A stretch of 63,697 nucleotides of DNA, the filler included, from Choristocarpus tenellus KU-1152 (lineage: Eukaryota > Protista > Phaeophyceae): NCBI GenBank assembly GCA_964200185.2. It is 7 parts of 7 records of this genome, joined end to end, with 100 filler letters (N's around TTAATTAATTAA, not from the genome) between each part and the next. Parts side by side here need not be neighbours in the genome. Positions count along the whole stretch, not along the records: positions 20,905 to 33,563 come from CAXNAD020001750.1; positions 33,664 to 51,578 come from CAXNAD020000609.1; 5 more parts are not named here. One strand, given 5' to 3'. This document shows, piece after piece, positions 24,947-38,909 of the stretch (position 1 is the stretch's first letter; each line of letters begins with the position of its first letter). The notes beneath the pieces were generated by a model. It saw only the letters and a list, made by a program, of their open reading frames with translations, did not search any database and was not told the DNA's origin. Made by a program: the position numbers and the translations under genes.

Positions 24947-27000
24947 CAATGAATTGCTATGTGTATGCTTTAGATTGTATGCCTGATACTTGGCTTAGGG
25001 GACCGTTGACCACTGGGAAGCAAAAAGAGGAATACATTACATTAATGACACCTGTTGACATGATTTTCTGAGCATCATGATACATATGGAAATGGGTATT
25101 TTGTGGCGGTGAAGGATCAGGTGGTTGGTGGATAGGGGCATGGGGATGGACAAAGGTATGTGGGTGCTCATCACTGCCGCGTTGGATAATAATGTCATAG
25201 AATCTATTTTGGCATACCACCTTGAAGTGCTAAGGTTTGTATGGTGGTCTGGAGGCGTAGTCATTGGGAATTCCGGAATTCCTGCTGCTTGTGGAGGGTA
25301 TGTATGGCGTGACATAGGGGCTACCGATGTAGTACAACTTCATGCATTCACCAATCAATGGAGGGATGGGTTTATGAACAAATATAATCAATTGCAATCT
25401 TGAATTTGTAGTTTTCATGGAGGCGTTTTGCAAACTGCAATCCCTTTAGTAGGATGTGCGAGGTTTACAATATAATATTTGGTCAGTAGAATGTTGAAAA
25501 GTAGTATGGTTATATGTATTTGTGCACACAATCTCTCTCTCTCTCTCTCTCTCTCTCCCCTCGTTTTTGTGCTTATTTGTGTAATACTGTGTAATTGACA
25601 AAATGGTGTTCATGTTAGTAGAAGTAGAAGGTATATGATGGAGCAGTAGCCGAGGTTTTGTGAAAACCGTAATCGATATTCTGTATTTGATGTGTGCGTC
25701 TATGACAAAGGGTGCATGGTCAAGGAGGCAACAATCAAGTGGTGAGCATTCAATTAGAACCACCTCACAACTTTGGCTTCATTTATGAAACAAGTTTGGA
25801 ACTGATTCTTGATAGATATTGCCGGGTTGTTTTTCACTGACTTGTTCGTGTGCATACAGGGACCTCTTGCATCTGTTTGAAGGGTCGCGTAGAAGGATAC
25901 ATTCATCTTTATTAATTGGAAGGGGGAAATGGTTTACACTTGAATGTGTAATAATATGTGTGAAGGTAGGGTTAGTTGCAGGGCGAACACTTTTTTTTGT
26001 GGTGTACAGGTCATCCGATTGGTGCAAGCGTTGGCAAGAAGATGAGTCCCCAACATACTCACTTTCGGTATACTGATATTGGGTTAGGGTTAGGGTTAGG
26101 TTCAGTACTGCCAGTATGGAGTTATGCAAATGGTGTGGGTCAGGAAGGCATACACACACACACACGTTAGGGGATGAACTTGTTTGAGTGACTAGTGGTC
26201 TTATGTATCGTGTTAAGGATCTCTGTTCTGACCTCTCAACCCCATCCCTGCCCTCGTACATGCCACCTACCAACCAACTGTGTTGCTTGTGCAGCTGAAG
26301 GAGAGGTTGGCAATGCTGAGCCCTCCGGTATAGTACATTATGGTCAAGATCAGTTCTGCATAGCACAGAACTATCCTGATGCTCTTACACAAGAAGAGTG
26401 TTTTTGACTTGGTTGAACCTACTCAATGCGGCATGTTTGGTCGGCTTTTGATATTGGGACTGTCCAATGCCTAACCCTTCAGTTAACTTCAAAGCACCAA
26501 AGAAGATCTCTATGAAGCAAGGGAACATAACATGACAAATGTTCATATGTTAGTTAGCGTTAGTTATTGGATTATCTAGTTGTGGATGTGACGTTCAATG
26601 TCAGGGGAAAGACCTAAAATAGGCATCTCCGTTTTCACATAGGAAGTTTTTGCCAACATGACCTCATTCAGTAATAGTCCTCGTGCTTCAATCCATTTCT
26701 TGCTCATACGTTGAATCGCACTGGGAGAAGACAAGAGGCAATGGCGCCGTGGGTGAAGCCCCTCAACCCCCCCCCCTGCACACACACACCTCTTCAGTGT
26801 TAGGGATGCATTGTCTGGTACTGCTATATTACATTCTTGGTTTTGCACGGCATCTATATATATGCCACATTAATAGTGTGTGCTTTGACGCAGGTGGCTG
26901 ATATCTCGATGTCTGTGACGGGTTTGGCTCCCATTGGATGGTAGTGGCTGTCGCAGGAGCAGCGATGATGATGGAAAGTGTTTGTACAGCACAAATAGTA
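24100..27000 (-). pseudogene. Highly degenerate PIF1-like helicase remnant (Helitron-like)
   Basis: Decayed motifs in the expected order on the minus strand: IIIAAPA (~26970), KKWIEARGLLLNEVML (Walker-B-like, ~26680), VPGAPLMLL (~24850), HAVSQG (~24760) and ITRVKDLSGLF (motif VI-like, ~24130). Many stops. Recognised by eye only; no Rep domain or Helitron termini found. Confidence 0.45.
24295..24650. repeat. Dispersed repeat, inverted copy of ~52162-52535
   Basis: Shared blocks such as CTTACTTCATGTACAACCTGTT and CAAGTCTTGGGAACAT occur as reverse complements at the second locus. Confidence 0.75.
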
Positions 27001-28627
27001 TCACGATGAAGGGGGGATAAAAATAGGTTGGTGTTTATGCTAGAGTTCTAATTGTATGCATGTATCTCTGGTAGCAAAAAGGAGAAAGCGCAGGTAACTG
27101 GAGGCAAAGCAGTCCCTGACTGGCTTCAAAACATACATAGCTATCTTGGGAGGAAGAGATCTTGTTTTTTGCTGTTGCTTGGGTTGTACAGAGGGGTTGT
27201 TACTCCAGACCATTTGGCTAAATAAAGCTACTCTACCATAGCTTTGTTGAGGTCAACTTGGCGAGTTGTTGGCCCGTGGTTGGTTGAGGTACGAGTATCT
27301 GATGTGGTAGATTATTGTTGCATGCTGTTGTGTAAGAAGGATGGATGAGTGTACCTTGTCCCAATGTAGTTACCACGTCCGTGAATGGTGATATTTGATG
27401 CATGCATGGATACTCTCATAGAGAGCGCACCTTTTATCCTGCTGAGAAAAAAGTGCATATTACTCTGGAGAGGTATGCTCTTGCTGATTGTTATTGTAGA
27501 CAACTGAGTACACCGCTTGGGAGGGTTGGACGCGGACAAACAACGTGGTAGGGTGGTTTTCCTGTAGGGGGAGGGGAGGGGAGTTGTTGGCCTCAAAATG
27601 CGCTCGCTTTGTCACCACCTACTGTCTGTGAATGTTGGTGCGAGGTGGGATATAACGGGGGCTAACAAGTGGTGTGAGTGTGCCATGTGTGTACCTTTGT
27701 GTTTTGTGTCATGACTGGCTATGATTAATAATCGAAGTGGACAGGCATGGTAATGTTCTCTTCTGTGAAGGAATGATATTTCACTCTTTTTGTCTGGGTG
27801 TTTTGTGGTGAACCTTACGGTGCCACCGACAAAGAATGCAAAGTCTGTTCCACAGGAGAAACACAAATTCTTACAAAGAACAGGACCCTGATATGTCTGG
27901 GTTGTTGCCTACACATTTGCCAGTATGAACATATATCCTGTGAGAATGTCCAATATATATAATATGCTTTCACTGCAGGAGTAATGGAATTCATCAATTC
28001 AAGGTCTTTTTTTCACTTCATTCTTCCAGTGTGTGCGAATATTGAAGTGCTCCGGACGAAGTATATGGTTTCTTCGTCATCAAAATTGAAAATCTAGTGA
28101 AACTGATTCAGCGTGTCCCTTATCTGGTCTTCCTGTACTAGAGACAAAGAAGCAACAGCCTCTGAATGAGAACAAAATATGTCGAGGAAATAGGGGGGTT
28201 TTTAATCCATTTTTAAGATACTGAGCATTCCCATCCTGGTTATTTTGGGGTGAGAAGAGGATAGGTCTTTTTCCAAACCTCAATCATAACACTTACTTTG
28301 AACTCCCCCAATAACAAATGGTCAGTTACTATTTATACTGTAGAGAAGAAATAGAAAGGCTTTGCGGCGACCAGGGATTTTCACCTGATCAGCAAATTAT
28401 AAAAGTCCCATCCACCAGCCACCAGACCAGTCCCACAATTATTTAACATGTCCCAGTCCATGTCCAATAGGTATTGAACCGACCCATGTCCATGTCCGGA
28501 CTGGTCCGACAGTTATTTAATATGTACCAGTCCATGTCCGCCAACTGGCCGGTCTAACTTTTTTCCTTGCATGTCGGGGCCATGGCCCCTTATGAGTTCA
28601 AATTGAGTTAAAGTGTCTTAGGGACTA

Positions 28628-28778
28628 AGTAAAATGTATCCATTATGAAAAGATGTGTCCGGAACAAGGATATTGGCATCTCCTAACAAACATGATAGCC
28701 AAAATTATATCAAAATTGCAACATTGGATTTTGGCCTCCAAATGTACGCGGTTCTACCCTCTAAGATACTTCGACTCA
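28628..28778 (+). mobile_element. MITE family 2, partial copy (right half)
   Basis: Matches 48191-48340 and ends in TACCCTCTAAGATACTTCGACTC. Confidence 0.75.
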
Positions 28779-28904
28779 TTTTTTTCTGGCATGTCCCCTA
28801 CATGTTACACAAGTGTGAATGTGAGACATTCGCAAACTGGAGGCTACAGCAGGAAAGGGATGGTCAAATCCCGTCTACGACAAATAGTCTGTTACAACAC
28901 AGGT

Positions 28905-29205
28905 GGCCCTGTCTAGACGTGTCATGCATTTTAAGTTGGAGACACCAGCGAGATGGGAAAGGAGGGGCTTGTTAGATTCTTGGGATGCTTCCCTACCTCC
29001 TCACCCTGGGGTGCAGGAATAAGGTAGATTGGAGGCACAGGAAGGCAGTGGTACAGGATAGCTGGTAGTAAAATAGTAAATAGATCAATGTTTTTCACAT
29101 TTCTGACAACTGTTACTCTTTTAGGGATTTCTGTCATATGAATAGTTTTCATTGGTTTTTCCCCTAACACATAAGGAAAATGTCAGAGAGTGTAATAATA
29201 AAATA
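28905..29205 (+). repeat. Dispersed repeat (possible solo LTR), also at ~33780-34110
   Basis: Both copies share GACGTGTCATGC…GATTCTTGGGATGC…TTTTCATTGGTTTT.CCCCT.ACACAT. Classification as an LTR is inference. Confidence 0.6.
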
Positions 29206-29240
29206 TAGAAATAAAGTGGTATCGATAGCTTCGCCCTTTA

Positions 29241-29378
29241 ACAGTCGATTTCAAAAATTGAGGATGGAGTTTTTTGTTGTAAGAAAAAAATTAACATATC
29301 GACACTTTATCCCAGTCAATTTTGGGTCAAGCCCATCCTCAATGAAAAGCTCCATCCTCAATTTTTGAAATCGGCTGT
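29241..29378. mobile_element. Small foldback/MITE-like element with ~34-bp inverted ends
   Basis: ACAGTCGATTTCAAAAATTGAGGATGGAGTTTTT pairs with AAAAGCTCCATCCTCAATTTTTGAAATCGGCTGT (about 2 mismatches). Confidence 0.7.
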
Positions 29379-29719
29379 TCTTTGTGGCAATCTTGTTTTT
29401 TTTCACTTTATTGCCTGAACAGTTATACAACAATGTATATATCAATAGAAAGCGTATGACACGAACGTTAGAAAGTTTGTATCCATGAATGTCCAGGCTT
29501 TGGGGAACGGGAGCTTTTCCCCGCTCAAATAATGGTAAAAACGTGGTGGAATATCTCACACGCAATTTTGAAGGTCACGACTTCAAAAGGGACAAAAATG
29601 AAGTGGTTGGCTGAACTTCCCGTCAAAACCTGATGTGGAGATACTGAGAAAAAACCAAGGTTTGCGTGCATCTTTTTAGCGCCATTTGCAGACTTTCTGT
29701 GAGCACACACACACATGAC

Positions 29720-31033
29720 ACACACAACAACATGAACCACGACGATGAGACAAGGAGAGCCACCAAGGCCACTCTGCCCTCTGGATCTACCCTTGGCACC
29801 TTCTCTGTCGAGAGGCAACGGAAAAGCAAGTACCGTGTGACTCTCTGTGTGATGTTAGGTGACGAGAAAGTGAGAGTAGTGTGTCGCAGCAGCATCATCA
29901 AATCGCCCAATGGATCACGGAGCCGCGACACCGACACTGAGAGATAATACATTGAAAACATTACCAAACAAACGTGGCTGGATCTTCAACCACGTCGGAG
30001 CACTCTGCAGTCTCTGCTGCCCAAAGAAAGCAGGAAGAGAGCGGCGAGTCCATCACCAGGTGGTACAGTGACGAAGTTTGTGGAGAAGCCTGGTCAACGC
30101 GGGCGAATAGAGAACCGGGGTGGGCGCCCGAAGGAAAGGTTGGGGAAGAGAGCAGTGCGACTCCGTGCCATTGCACTCAGGAAACGCCAATGCAAAAACC
30201 CGGGTGTAGAATATCTTAGCAGTCGACAGTTGCAGCAGACCCTGGCTGTTTGGAACCCGTGCGAGCCGGAGTGGCTGAAGGAAACAAGAAAGAAGGTGTT
30301 AGGGTTGAGCTACAAGGGTTCTGAAGTCCGAAAGAGGGTCGAAAGGGCTCGCAAGGTTGAGGAGAAAGCGGTCATAGCAAGGGAAGCTGTGGAAACCTTT
30401 TGATACCACCAAATCCTTCACTTAGAAGAGGTCGCTAAACAGGTGGAGGTAGCCATTGACAAGGACACAAGGGAAGAAGAGGAGGTGAGATTGAGACTAC
30501 TTGCACACCAATGGCTTGGTGTCTCCCACTTCTTGCAAGATGCCTACGTTCACTTTTGGACGTCTAAAGTTGATTAAGGCTTTCTCCCAGCCTGCATTCA
30601 TTCGAGAAATCAACACAATTTTTGATCAACTTAAGCCTGTCCCCCCTCGCCCTTACGCCTTGATAAAATCTCACCCACCCAGGAAACACGGACGACGCCC
30701 ATTTCCGGTGCTCAAGGAGGAAATGTGATTGTAAAGGCTCTAACAGTTCGAATCCTGTACATGTGTATGAACGATTGGAAAGACTGTCAAACAGCGCTCG
30801 AGATGGCAGCAGGATATGCGATGGTCAGATCGGAAACTGTGAGTAAATGGGAGAGAGACGTCTTAACTAAGGGCCACATCAAGGTGTCGGAGCAAGGGCA
30901 CTACGAGAGGCGTTTCGTCCAGGGCCTCAACGAGGACATCGTTGCTGAGGTCAAAGAGTGGGTGCGCGAACACACAGGAAGAAAGGATGGAGAGGCTTTT
31001 TTCCTGTCTAAACCCTATACTTTAATCAAGTGA
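29720..31033 (+). pseudogene. Broken ORF cluster, probably the N-terminal part of a DNA transposase
   Basis: GC-richer, coding-like fragments with stops and frameshifts, ending …SEQGHYERRFVQGLNEDIVAEVKEWVREHTGRKDG. No catalytic motif seen and the family is not identified. Confidence 0.3.
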
Positions 31034-32382
31034 TAGTGCATCTGTTGCCACCCTTGGTGACCTACAATCCACGGTTCGAACCCCAATATGAGCGCCCTTT
31101 CTTCAAAAAAAAAGAAAAAATGGCGGAAAATAATAACGAAGACTGTACTCTGGACGGCCTTGTGACGGGCATCATGAATATGCTTTTATGTTTTTAATCC
31201 GATGTCTACATCAAAAGATATGACGGGACAACCCCAGAGGGCGAAGTTACTGGTACAATTATAGCAGGTACAAGCGAATTGCAAGGAAGCACCCTCGTCA
31301 TGAACCCTGAGGCAATTCTTTCTGGATTGGGACAAGCTCAACTTGAAGATGCTTCCCCTCAACTGCTAGATAGCTCAAGTTAAGTGGCTCTTCCAGTAGA
31401 GGTAGTATAGGAGGATGACAGAACCCTGGAAGTGGGACTTGAGACTCTCCAATGTAAAACATATGTGGAGAGCTTTGGTCTTTTTTAAGTGGGCACAACT
31501 GCAGTTCAGACAACTTGTAGTTGAACCCTCAGAGTTAAACTTGTGTCAGGAAATGGAGTTGTGGTGGTGAGGGGAGTCAAGCGGTGGTGCCAGGAACACC
31601 TGTGTACTGCAAGGTTGTGAATACTTCCAAAAAACAGGTAGGGTACGGACAGGTCTACCCATACCCAAGGCGATGGGGTGAACACAACGTATAAAGATAT
31701 GATAATGTCATTCTTCCAGTCACTCATCAACCCTTTGCAAGAGCCCTGTGGTCCGTAGGCACTTTACGCTACAACTGTGCCCCAGATAGGTCAATCACCC
31801 ATGGCAAATCAGCTGACCTTGGCAGAGGTGTAAATGGTTCCACTCTACTTGAGGTAAGAGAAGGGAAGCAGCATTCAGTTAGCGCAGAAGCAAGCTTTGC
31901 CTCCTCCTGTCTAGACTTCAACAGTATGTTGTATTGATGAACGCTCCAAATGATTATGGTGCATGCCATCACAGGAGTTTGTGGGAATGCAAGCTGGTAG
32001 GTATGGGTTGAGCCCTGCCCTATCCAACATTATTGCCAGAGCCAAAGTGATTCCGCTGACCCTAGTTTATCTCAAATCATGGCCCACTTGCTGTCCCCTG
32101 ACCGACATCCTTTAGCACTAAGAGGTACACGTTGAAAAGAGCAAGCAAGAAGAAGATCCGTAGAGTGGCAGATCACTAAATGCAATCAACAAACTCAAAA
32201 CTCACCTGATATCTCCCATACTTAGGGTTCGCAATTTGGGAGAGGCCTCTCATGCTCTATATAGACCCTAGTGCTGAAGAAGCTGGAGCCACAATTACCC
32301 AGATCAGAAGGACAAGGGTCAAGGATGGCCCAGGGGACATAGTAGTAGAGGAGTTCCAACTCAAAAAGAATACATGGCCAAC

Positions 32383-32641
32383 GAGCAGAAGTACCTTAGA
32401 GGGTAGAGCCGCGTCCATGTGGGGATCAAAATCCAATGTTGCGATTTTGATATAATTTTGGCTATCGTGTTTGTTATGAAGTGTCAATATCTATGTTTCG
32501 GACAAACCTTTTCATAACGTATACATTTTACCTACTCCTAAACATTTTGGAGCAGGAAAACGCCACAAAAAAAGTCATGGGAAGCCAAGCCCCAAATGGA
32601 CAAAAAGGGCAAAACTCGTACCCTCTAAGATAATATCACTC
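32383..32641 (-). mobile_element. MITE family 2, full-length copy
   Basis: Reverse-orientation copy of 48078-48340. TIR core TTAGAGGGTA/TACCCTCTAA, termini GAG…CTC, flanked by CAAC on both sides. Confidence 0.8.
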
Positions 32642-32645
32642 CAAC

Positions 32646-32850
32646 GTGTGGTCTATAGAACACTTCCACGCGTACGTATGGGGTAGAAACTCGACAGTTA
32701 CTGACTGGTCTGACTCTAGCTTTTCTAACAGTCATAACCTCAGTCCCAAGCTCCACTGTCTTATGGACCATGGCATTGAGTTGAGGTGGTTGGCAGGTTC
32801 AATGCACCACCTCTTGCATGGACTGTTGAGGTTCGCCACCTTTACCACTT
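32646..32850 (+). pseudogene. Ty3/Gypsy RNase H remnant
   Basis: WSIEHFHAYVWGR…TVTD…NLSPKLH…GIELRWLAGSMH resembles the conserved Gypsy RNase H C-terminal block (W..EHF..Y..GR.F...TD…L.RW). Confidence 0.65.
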
Positions 32851-33541
32851 CAGGTTTTGATATTGACGACTCATTTTCTGATGACTCGTTTCAAGTAGGT
32901 GGAATAGATACAAGAAAACAAATAAATATAGATGCTTGTGTCACAAGATACATATTTTGCTGTTTCAACTATGTCTTCAAGACAACCTGTTACTGAGAGC
33001 ACTTTTGCCACCTAATAATAATTACCAATGATTGATATAGGGTCATGAGATTCATCTTATTCTATTTCAGCATTTTTTCAAGCCGAGCTCTTGCTGATAA
33101 CACTTTTGTTACCAAAAAATAAATTACCATTGATTGATGTAGGGTTGTAAATCCATTCATGTTATCATCGTGTTGAAAAACTAGAAACTCCATTTTTTAA
33201 GGGAAATCAGGATTGATGTTCCATTACAGCACTTGTAATTACTAGTATTTTTTATTTTTTCGGAGGGACTGGTGCGACGTAGTAAGCTCATTTTTTTTCC
33301 CATACTTTGTACGCCAGAAAAATTTCGCCAGAGTGTAATACTGTGTTTGATCAGTTCCTAATTCTAACCACTCTCGACTACATAACTAACTGCCACCAGC
33401 AGCTATCACAGTACGCAACATGAGCTTGCTGCTCCTTGTTGAACAGTCCCATCTACCAGTTCAAAACCCAGAAACCAGTGAATGAAAATCCTTCAGTCAG
33501 GAAAAAATCCCCCATCATTCTTGACTTGCTTCTCACCATTG

Positions 33542-33563
33542 GGGCTCGAAGTATCTGGGGGAG
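33542..33563. mobile_element. MITE family 1 terminus at contig end (others at ~95-111 and 57590-57612)
   Basis: GGCTCGAAGTATCTGGGG, CCCCAGATACTTTGAGCC and CAGATACTTTGGGTC match the family 1 TIRs. Confidence 0.7.
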
Positions 33564-33663
33564 NNNNNNNNNNNNNNNNNNNNNNNNNNNNNNNNNNNNN
33601 NNNNNNNTTAATTAATTAANNNNNNNNNNNNNNNNNNNNNNNNNNNNNNNNNNNNNNNNNNNN
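33564..33663. other. Artificial contig spacer 3
   Basis: 44 N + TTAATTAATTAA + 44 N. Confidence 0.98.
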
Positions 33664-36600
33664 CTTCCCGGATAAGCTGACTTCCCACATGGTAGGGGGG
33701 AGAGGAGCTGGAGGATATTGTAGGAAAGGAGTAGTTAAATCCCGGCTACGCCAAACTGTTTCGGTGACTACGCAAGTGGCATTGTCTCGACGTGTCATGC
33801 GCTTTAAACTAGAGTCACCAGGGAGATGGGCACGGAGGGTTTGTTGGATTCTTGGGATGCCTCCCTAGCTCCCCCCCCCGGGGCGTAGGAGTAGATAGAT
33901 AGGAAGCACAGGAAGACAGTAGTACAATATTGATAATAGTGAAGTAACTGATAGATTAGTGGCGGTTTTCACACTTACAGTGTTTTATAGTATTTTCATA
34001 TTTATGATATTTTATTTATTTAGGGCTAATAATGACTTATGTATATAGTTTTCATTGGTTTTCCCCCTGACACATCTTCAAAATGTCAGAGGGCAAAATA
34101 ATATAAATACTTGGTACGTGTCAAGGATTTGCATGATGGAGCGTTATACTAGCAAAGATTACATGTTAAAACGATTTTGTGGGTATAGTGGTGCTGTTGG
34201 GAATGATTCAGGTCTCGAGACATACTGCATTTAGTCTTGGGATGACTGTGAAGTATTTTGAAATGTTGTGGAGGTACGAGGCAGGATAGCAAGATCGAGA
34301 CCATAGTTATTTGTGTGTTGTGGTCATGGCAGACACAAAACAATATGTTCCCCTGCGTGTTACACTGAGGCCGACTTTCCAGGCCTTGTTGTTCATTGAT
34401 GTTTGGGACTGAAAAGTTAAAGCATTGAAAGTGTTTGTTCTCTCACAGGGCTACCATCTCTTCGTCTACACCTTCCTCCTACTCTTCGTCATTCTCTTCT
34501 ACATCCCCCCAATGCCTGATCCTCGGGAAATGTCGTCCTCAGTCCCAGGAGGAGCAATGAGGTAGTCTCCTCCCTCAATTCACTCTCTCATCCTCGTCAC
34601 ACTCATGTTCAGCATTGAGTCCTTCATCCGGTGACATTTGACAGTTTCAATCAAGGCTAGCAGCTCGGCCTCTTTATCTTCTTTCCCCTTTCACGCATTT
34701 GGTTCCTCGCCGTGTTCTTTCCATGCTTGCAATCTCCCATGACCCAGCCGTCGCAATGGTCTCATAATCCCAATTTTGATACCCCTATGCGGGATCACTT
34801 GTATCTCTTGTGAATGACTTTGGAGCATGGAATCTGAGATTATGGGGCCCAGCACACAGTTCCCAGTTACCACATGGAAGAATCAAATAATTCGTTGAAT
34901 GCCATCAGGTCGAGTTTGTTCTAGAACCGATCAGTCAAAGTCCTCTCTCCGACCTCTTAATTTCTAGACGCCTCTATACAATCACTAGTACTCCATGTGT
35001 AGACGAAAAATACACCTGTGGAACGCGAAGGTCCTGATCTTTGCAATGCATCACTCAGCACCAGAAAATGATGAGGACTGACTTGTACTCCACTATGTCC
35101 ACCTTGTCACGAAGTACCGAGAACCCTAACTGTGATACCCCTTACCCCAATAATTGCATCAAGGGACATTTCGATGCACAATACTAATAAGAAGTAAACA
35201 CAAGGAAAAAATACCCTACTTGAAGTACATCCCAAGCCAGACCCTGTCCCCTTTATCCCAACCTATACTTTGAAATATTTAGAGAGTCATACAAATCTTG
35301 CCAACCGTGCACAGTCCTAGCCCCAAGTCCACTATTTAAGTGTCCGACATATCATGCCCGAACCTAACGGAAGACAGCACCAAAACCCTATCCTTGACAA
35401 CTAGCAGAACAACCTCAAACATAGCAGTACGCCATTACGGAGAGAAAGAAGGATGTAGATGAAGATGTGCAGAGTGGACGAAAAAGGTTGATGAGGGGAC
35501 TACTAAGCACCACACCCACACATCCTTTCCCACTCAATACCACACCATGCCAGGAACCAAGGTAGCACACCACCTTCATCCGCTCAACTTGATGTCCAGA
35601 ACCCCCCTGCTCCAAGGAGAGTGGGACAATACCTTCAAACAATTATCCCGTGTTGAAGCCTGGGATTGAATTGATCGTACTCTTGTACGATGGCAGGTTG
35701 GTTGTGGTGAAGGGGTGTCATATGCAATAAAACACCGGTGAATTCATGCTGATGAACGTAGTGACATGCTTTGCATAGTCAGAGGTTATCTGATGTAGTG
35801 ATGTAGAGTTCCTTGGTACATTCAAAGGAAGAAATTCATGGTCTGTGTAGAGGCTTGCCACCTTGTGAAGAAGGGTTTTATGGATGTTTTAACTCTGACT
35901 ATATTGCATCCAGTTGTGTGTCAGGTACACTTAGTGCGGAGTGAACTCAAGTTCTTTGTGGGGGCAAAGCCAACCAGAAAAAAACAGATAACAAATAATC
36001 GGCATATGATATACAACTAGTGGTTCTGATGTGACTATCAATAAACAATGAAACATACTTGAATCTATATCTGAGACAACTCATATGGAACCTGCTATGC
36101 TTGTACATTTGGTAGATACCAACTATTCCATACTTCCTATGTACCATGGGATTCTAACAGTAATTGATATCCTATGACGAGGTAGCAATGGTGTAAATGT
36201 GAGTAATAACCAGCACCGATGTGCAAGTCAACTGTCAGTATGAACTGGTAACACTGTATCGCATCAATAACACAAAACATGAGTAGCCTATGATTTAACA
36301 TCCCGTCACTCGGGTTTGTTAGAGTTGGAAGAGTCTAATCGAACATTTGTCTTCAGGAATCCTGTACAGCATCGCTTAGAAGGCTCTAGAAACGACACCG
36401 CAACCTACTATTCCAGCATATCCAATCAACATCACACCAACACACATATTGCTTCAATGAGAGATAGTAAGCATATTTTTCTTTCACAATGTGATGGAGT
36501 TGCGGAATATGGTATCACCTTGCAGCAAGATACGAGCACACTCACTCTCATGACCCCAACCAGGCCAACAGCCACCCCCCACAGGGGAAGAAATCAACCG

Positions 36601-37512
36601 CTGTTGAATGTGGGGAAATTGAAATAGTACACATGCATTTGCTGTATATTGCTGCAATTGGACGGAAACCTGGAACTTCGTTCATTAAGCACACAGGGGG
36701 TAGTTTTAAGGGGATTTCTACCGCCTGAACTTCAAATCCTCAATTGACAAAATGACAAATCAAAATGCAAGGCTTTTTTTTTTACCACATAGTCCCTTTC
36801 CCCCCCGAATATGTCTAATTGACATTCTATGATTTGATGTAGAAATTCTTACCTGATGCCCCCTGTGCCCCACTTCAAAGTTGGCATACCTAGTGCTTCA
36901 AACTCAGTTATACTGCTCAACCTTTTTTTAATTTATGGTGGTATTATTAATAGTACCAAAGATCATAAAATATGTGTAAAAAAAGGTAGTGCGATCTCTG
37001 ATTTTCTTGAGTCTACCCCAGATGAACCACTAAATAACCTTGAATACACATTTGTACATTATCTACACACTTCTGACTGTGGTTTTGTACCGGCCCACCA
37101 GCTGCAAATAATCTTCCCCATGCCTCTGGCGCCTAGACTATTTATGTTCCACACAGGTAATATTTATGCCCATACCATGTGCACAACTAGTGGCTGCACT
37201 ACCCTAATAACCCAACAGCGATTGCCCCCCAACATCCTCCCCAGTCCAGTAATCCGTTGTGGGCATCAGAGCAAAATGATGTTGGCCATAATCTGGAAAG
37301 AAAATCTTCCAAAAAATATTTGTGATTGCTAGGGGTAGCTTACGTTGCACAAGTAAATATGAGAAGGACTTGAGTCTGTTGGATATCATGGCACAACAAC
37401 CAGACACTTCAGGAAGTAATTGGGTGTTTCTTTATGCTTAGATGTCACTCACTTTATCAAATCTAAATCCACCTTGTATTGTGGTCTACCTTGAGACCTG
37501 TCCAATGCTAAA

Positions 37513-37695
37513 AGCCCAAAGTATCTGGGGGTGTGTGTGTGTGGTCTACACGAGAGTGTCCATTTGGACCATAACCAGGAAAAGTGCACTTTCATTATCC
37601 ATCTGACGTATGGAACCAAATCACCCAAAAATCGCGACATGAAAAAATTGGCCCCAAATGGACAGCCGCCACCCCCCCCCCAGATACTTTGAGCC
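37513..37695 (+). mobile_element. MITE family 1, full-length (~183 bp)
   Basis: TIRs AGCCCAAAGTATCTGGGGG and CCCCCAGATACTTTGAGCC, flanked by AAA. The interior closely matches 57292-57465. Confidence 0.85.
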
Positions 37696-38909
37696 AAACA
37701 CTCTACAGCAATTCTGAAGTAAAAAAATTGAAGGAGAAACAATAGTCCAACCTGATGGTAGGGCACCAATAGAGGGGTGGAGACATCTCTGTGGTCTGCA
37801 ATTACACATTATTGGCCACTGAGCGAGAAGCTGGTGGTCACAACCCCAAGCTGCCCCCACTCAAACCCTAATATCTGCACCCACCTTAAACACCCTGCCA
37901 TACTAACTTCAAACACATCATCTAACAACCATACTCCATCTTCACTCGAAAGTTCCAAGAAAAGCACTAATACGTTATTTAAAAAAGATAAAGCCTCTAT
38001 CCAGTCAATCGTGAAGGTTTCTACCCCTACTACCAGCATCGTCATTGGATGCACCCACACCCTTCACCATATTCCTGGGTCATGGCAATATGCTGATGCT
38101 GGCCAAGGAGGGAGACTTAAAAAAAACACCAAAATACATGAAGGTGGGATTCAGCATTGCCATTACGTCCCTAACTACTTTCTGTTTTGTCCAACGAAGA
38201 GCTGCTCTATTAAAATCCATCATGGATGTTGCTATCAACTACGTACATGTATTGATCTCCCCCTCCCCAAAACTTCTTTGTGATTGCCTCCTCCACCATC
38301 TGTGAATCTTGTGTGCATGTCAGATTCCTAATTAGTGATGAGGGGAGAGACACCCTACCCAAGAACTACTACTGACTTGTCGCCAATACAGTAATGTGCA
38401 CAATGAGACACTCTCACCCAGCACAAGTTTCCACTTCTGAGAGCATCTTTGCTACCTCCACCATTGCTGGCCATCTGTAAGCATCTGCTGCTCTGCATGA
38501 AATGTCTAATGCTTGTCCAGTTGACCCAATAACCTTTACACAAGAACTCATAACCTTTATATGCTCTACTCTCCCTTCCGGTGTCTTCTTTCCCTGATTA
38601 TACCACCACATTCTCAGATCTTACTTCCTTACGCAAATCTCCGACTCTGCACACAGTGTGTCTTGTACAATCACCTATCCATCCACAGTGCTTGCATGAC
38701 TAGACCTTCGTAGAATCAAACCTTTTCCCTCCGTCTCCCTTGAGTACCTCATGGGTCCTTGTGAAGACTGAATGTGCATTAGCCAGTTTACAGGGCCTGC
38801 CCCTTATGGATATACTATAACGTTCGGACTTCAACCAAAACGGAACTGATCCCATACTTCATTGATGAGGAGGATCCCTCTAACCTTGAGCTCTGCTCAC
38901 CCCAATGTT

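Noticed and set aside
28370-28570. Clustered CCAGTCCATGTCC motifs after CAGGGATTTT (hAT-like subterminal repeats)
   Set aside because: No matching opposite terminus or TSD found.
31025-31115. tRNA-like sequence with GGTTCGAACCC and an A/T-rich tail
   Set aside because: I cannot fold it into a cloverleaf. At most it is a decayed tRNA-derived SINE.
34440-34870. Possible hAT C-terminal remnant, and a PBS-like GATTATGGGGCCCAG at ~34838
   Set aside because: Too degenerate, with no adjoining LTR or TIR to support either reading.
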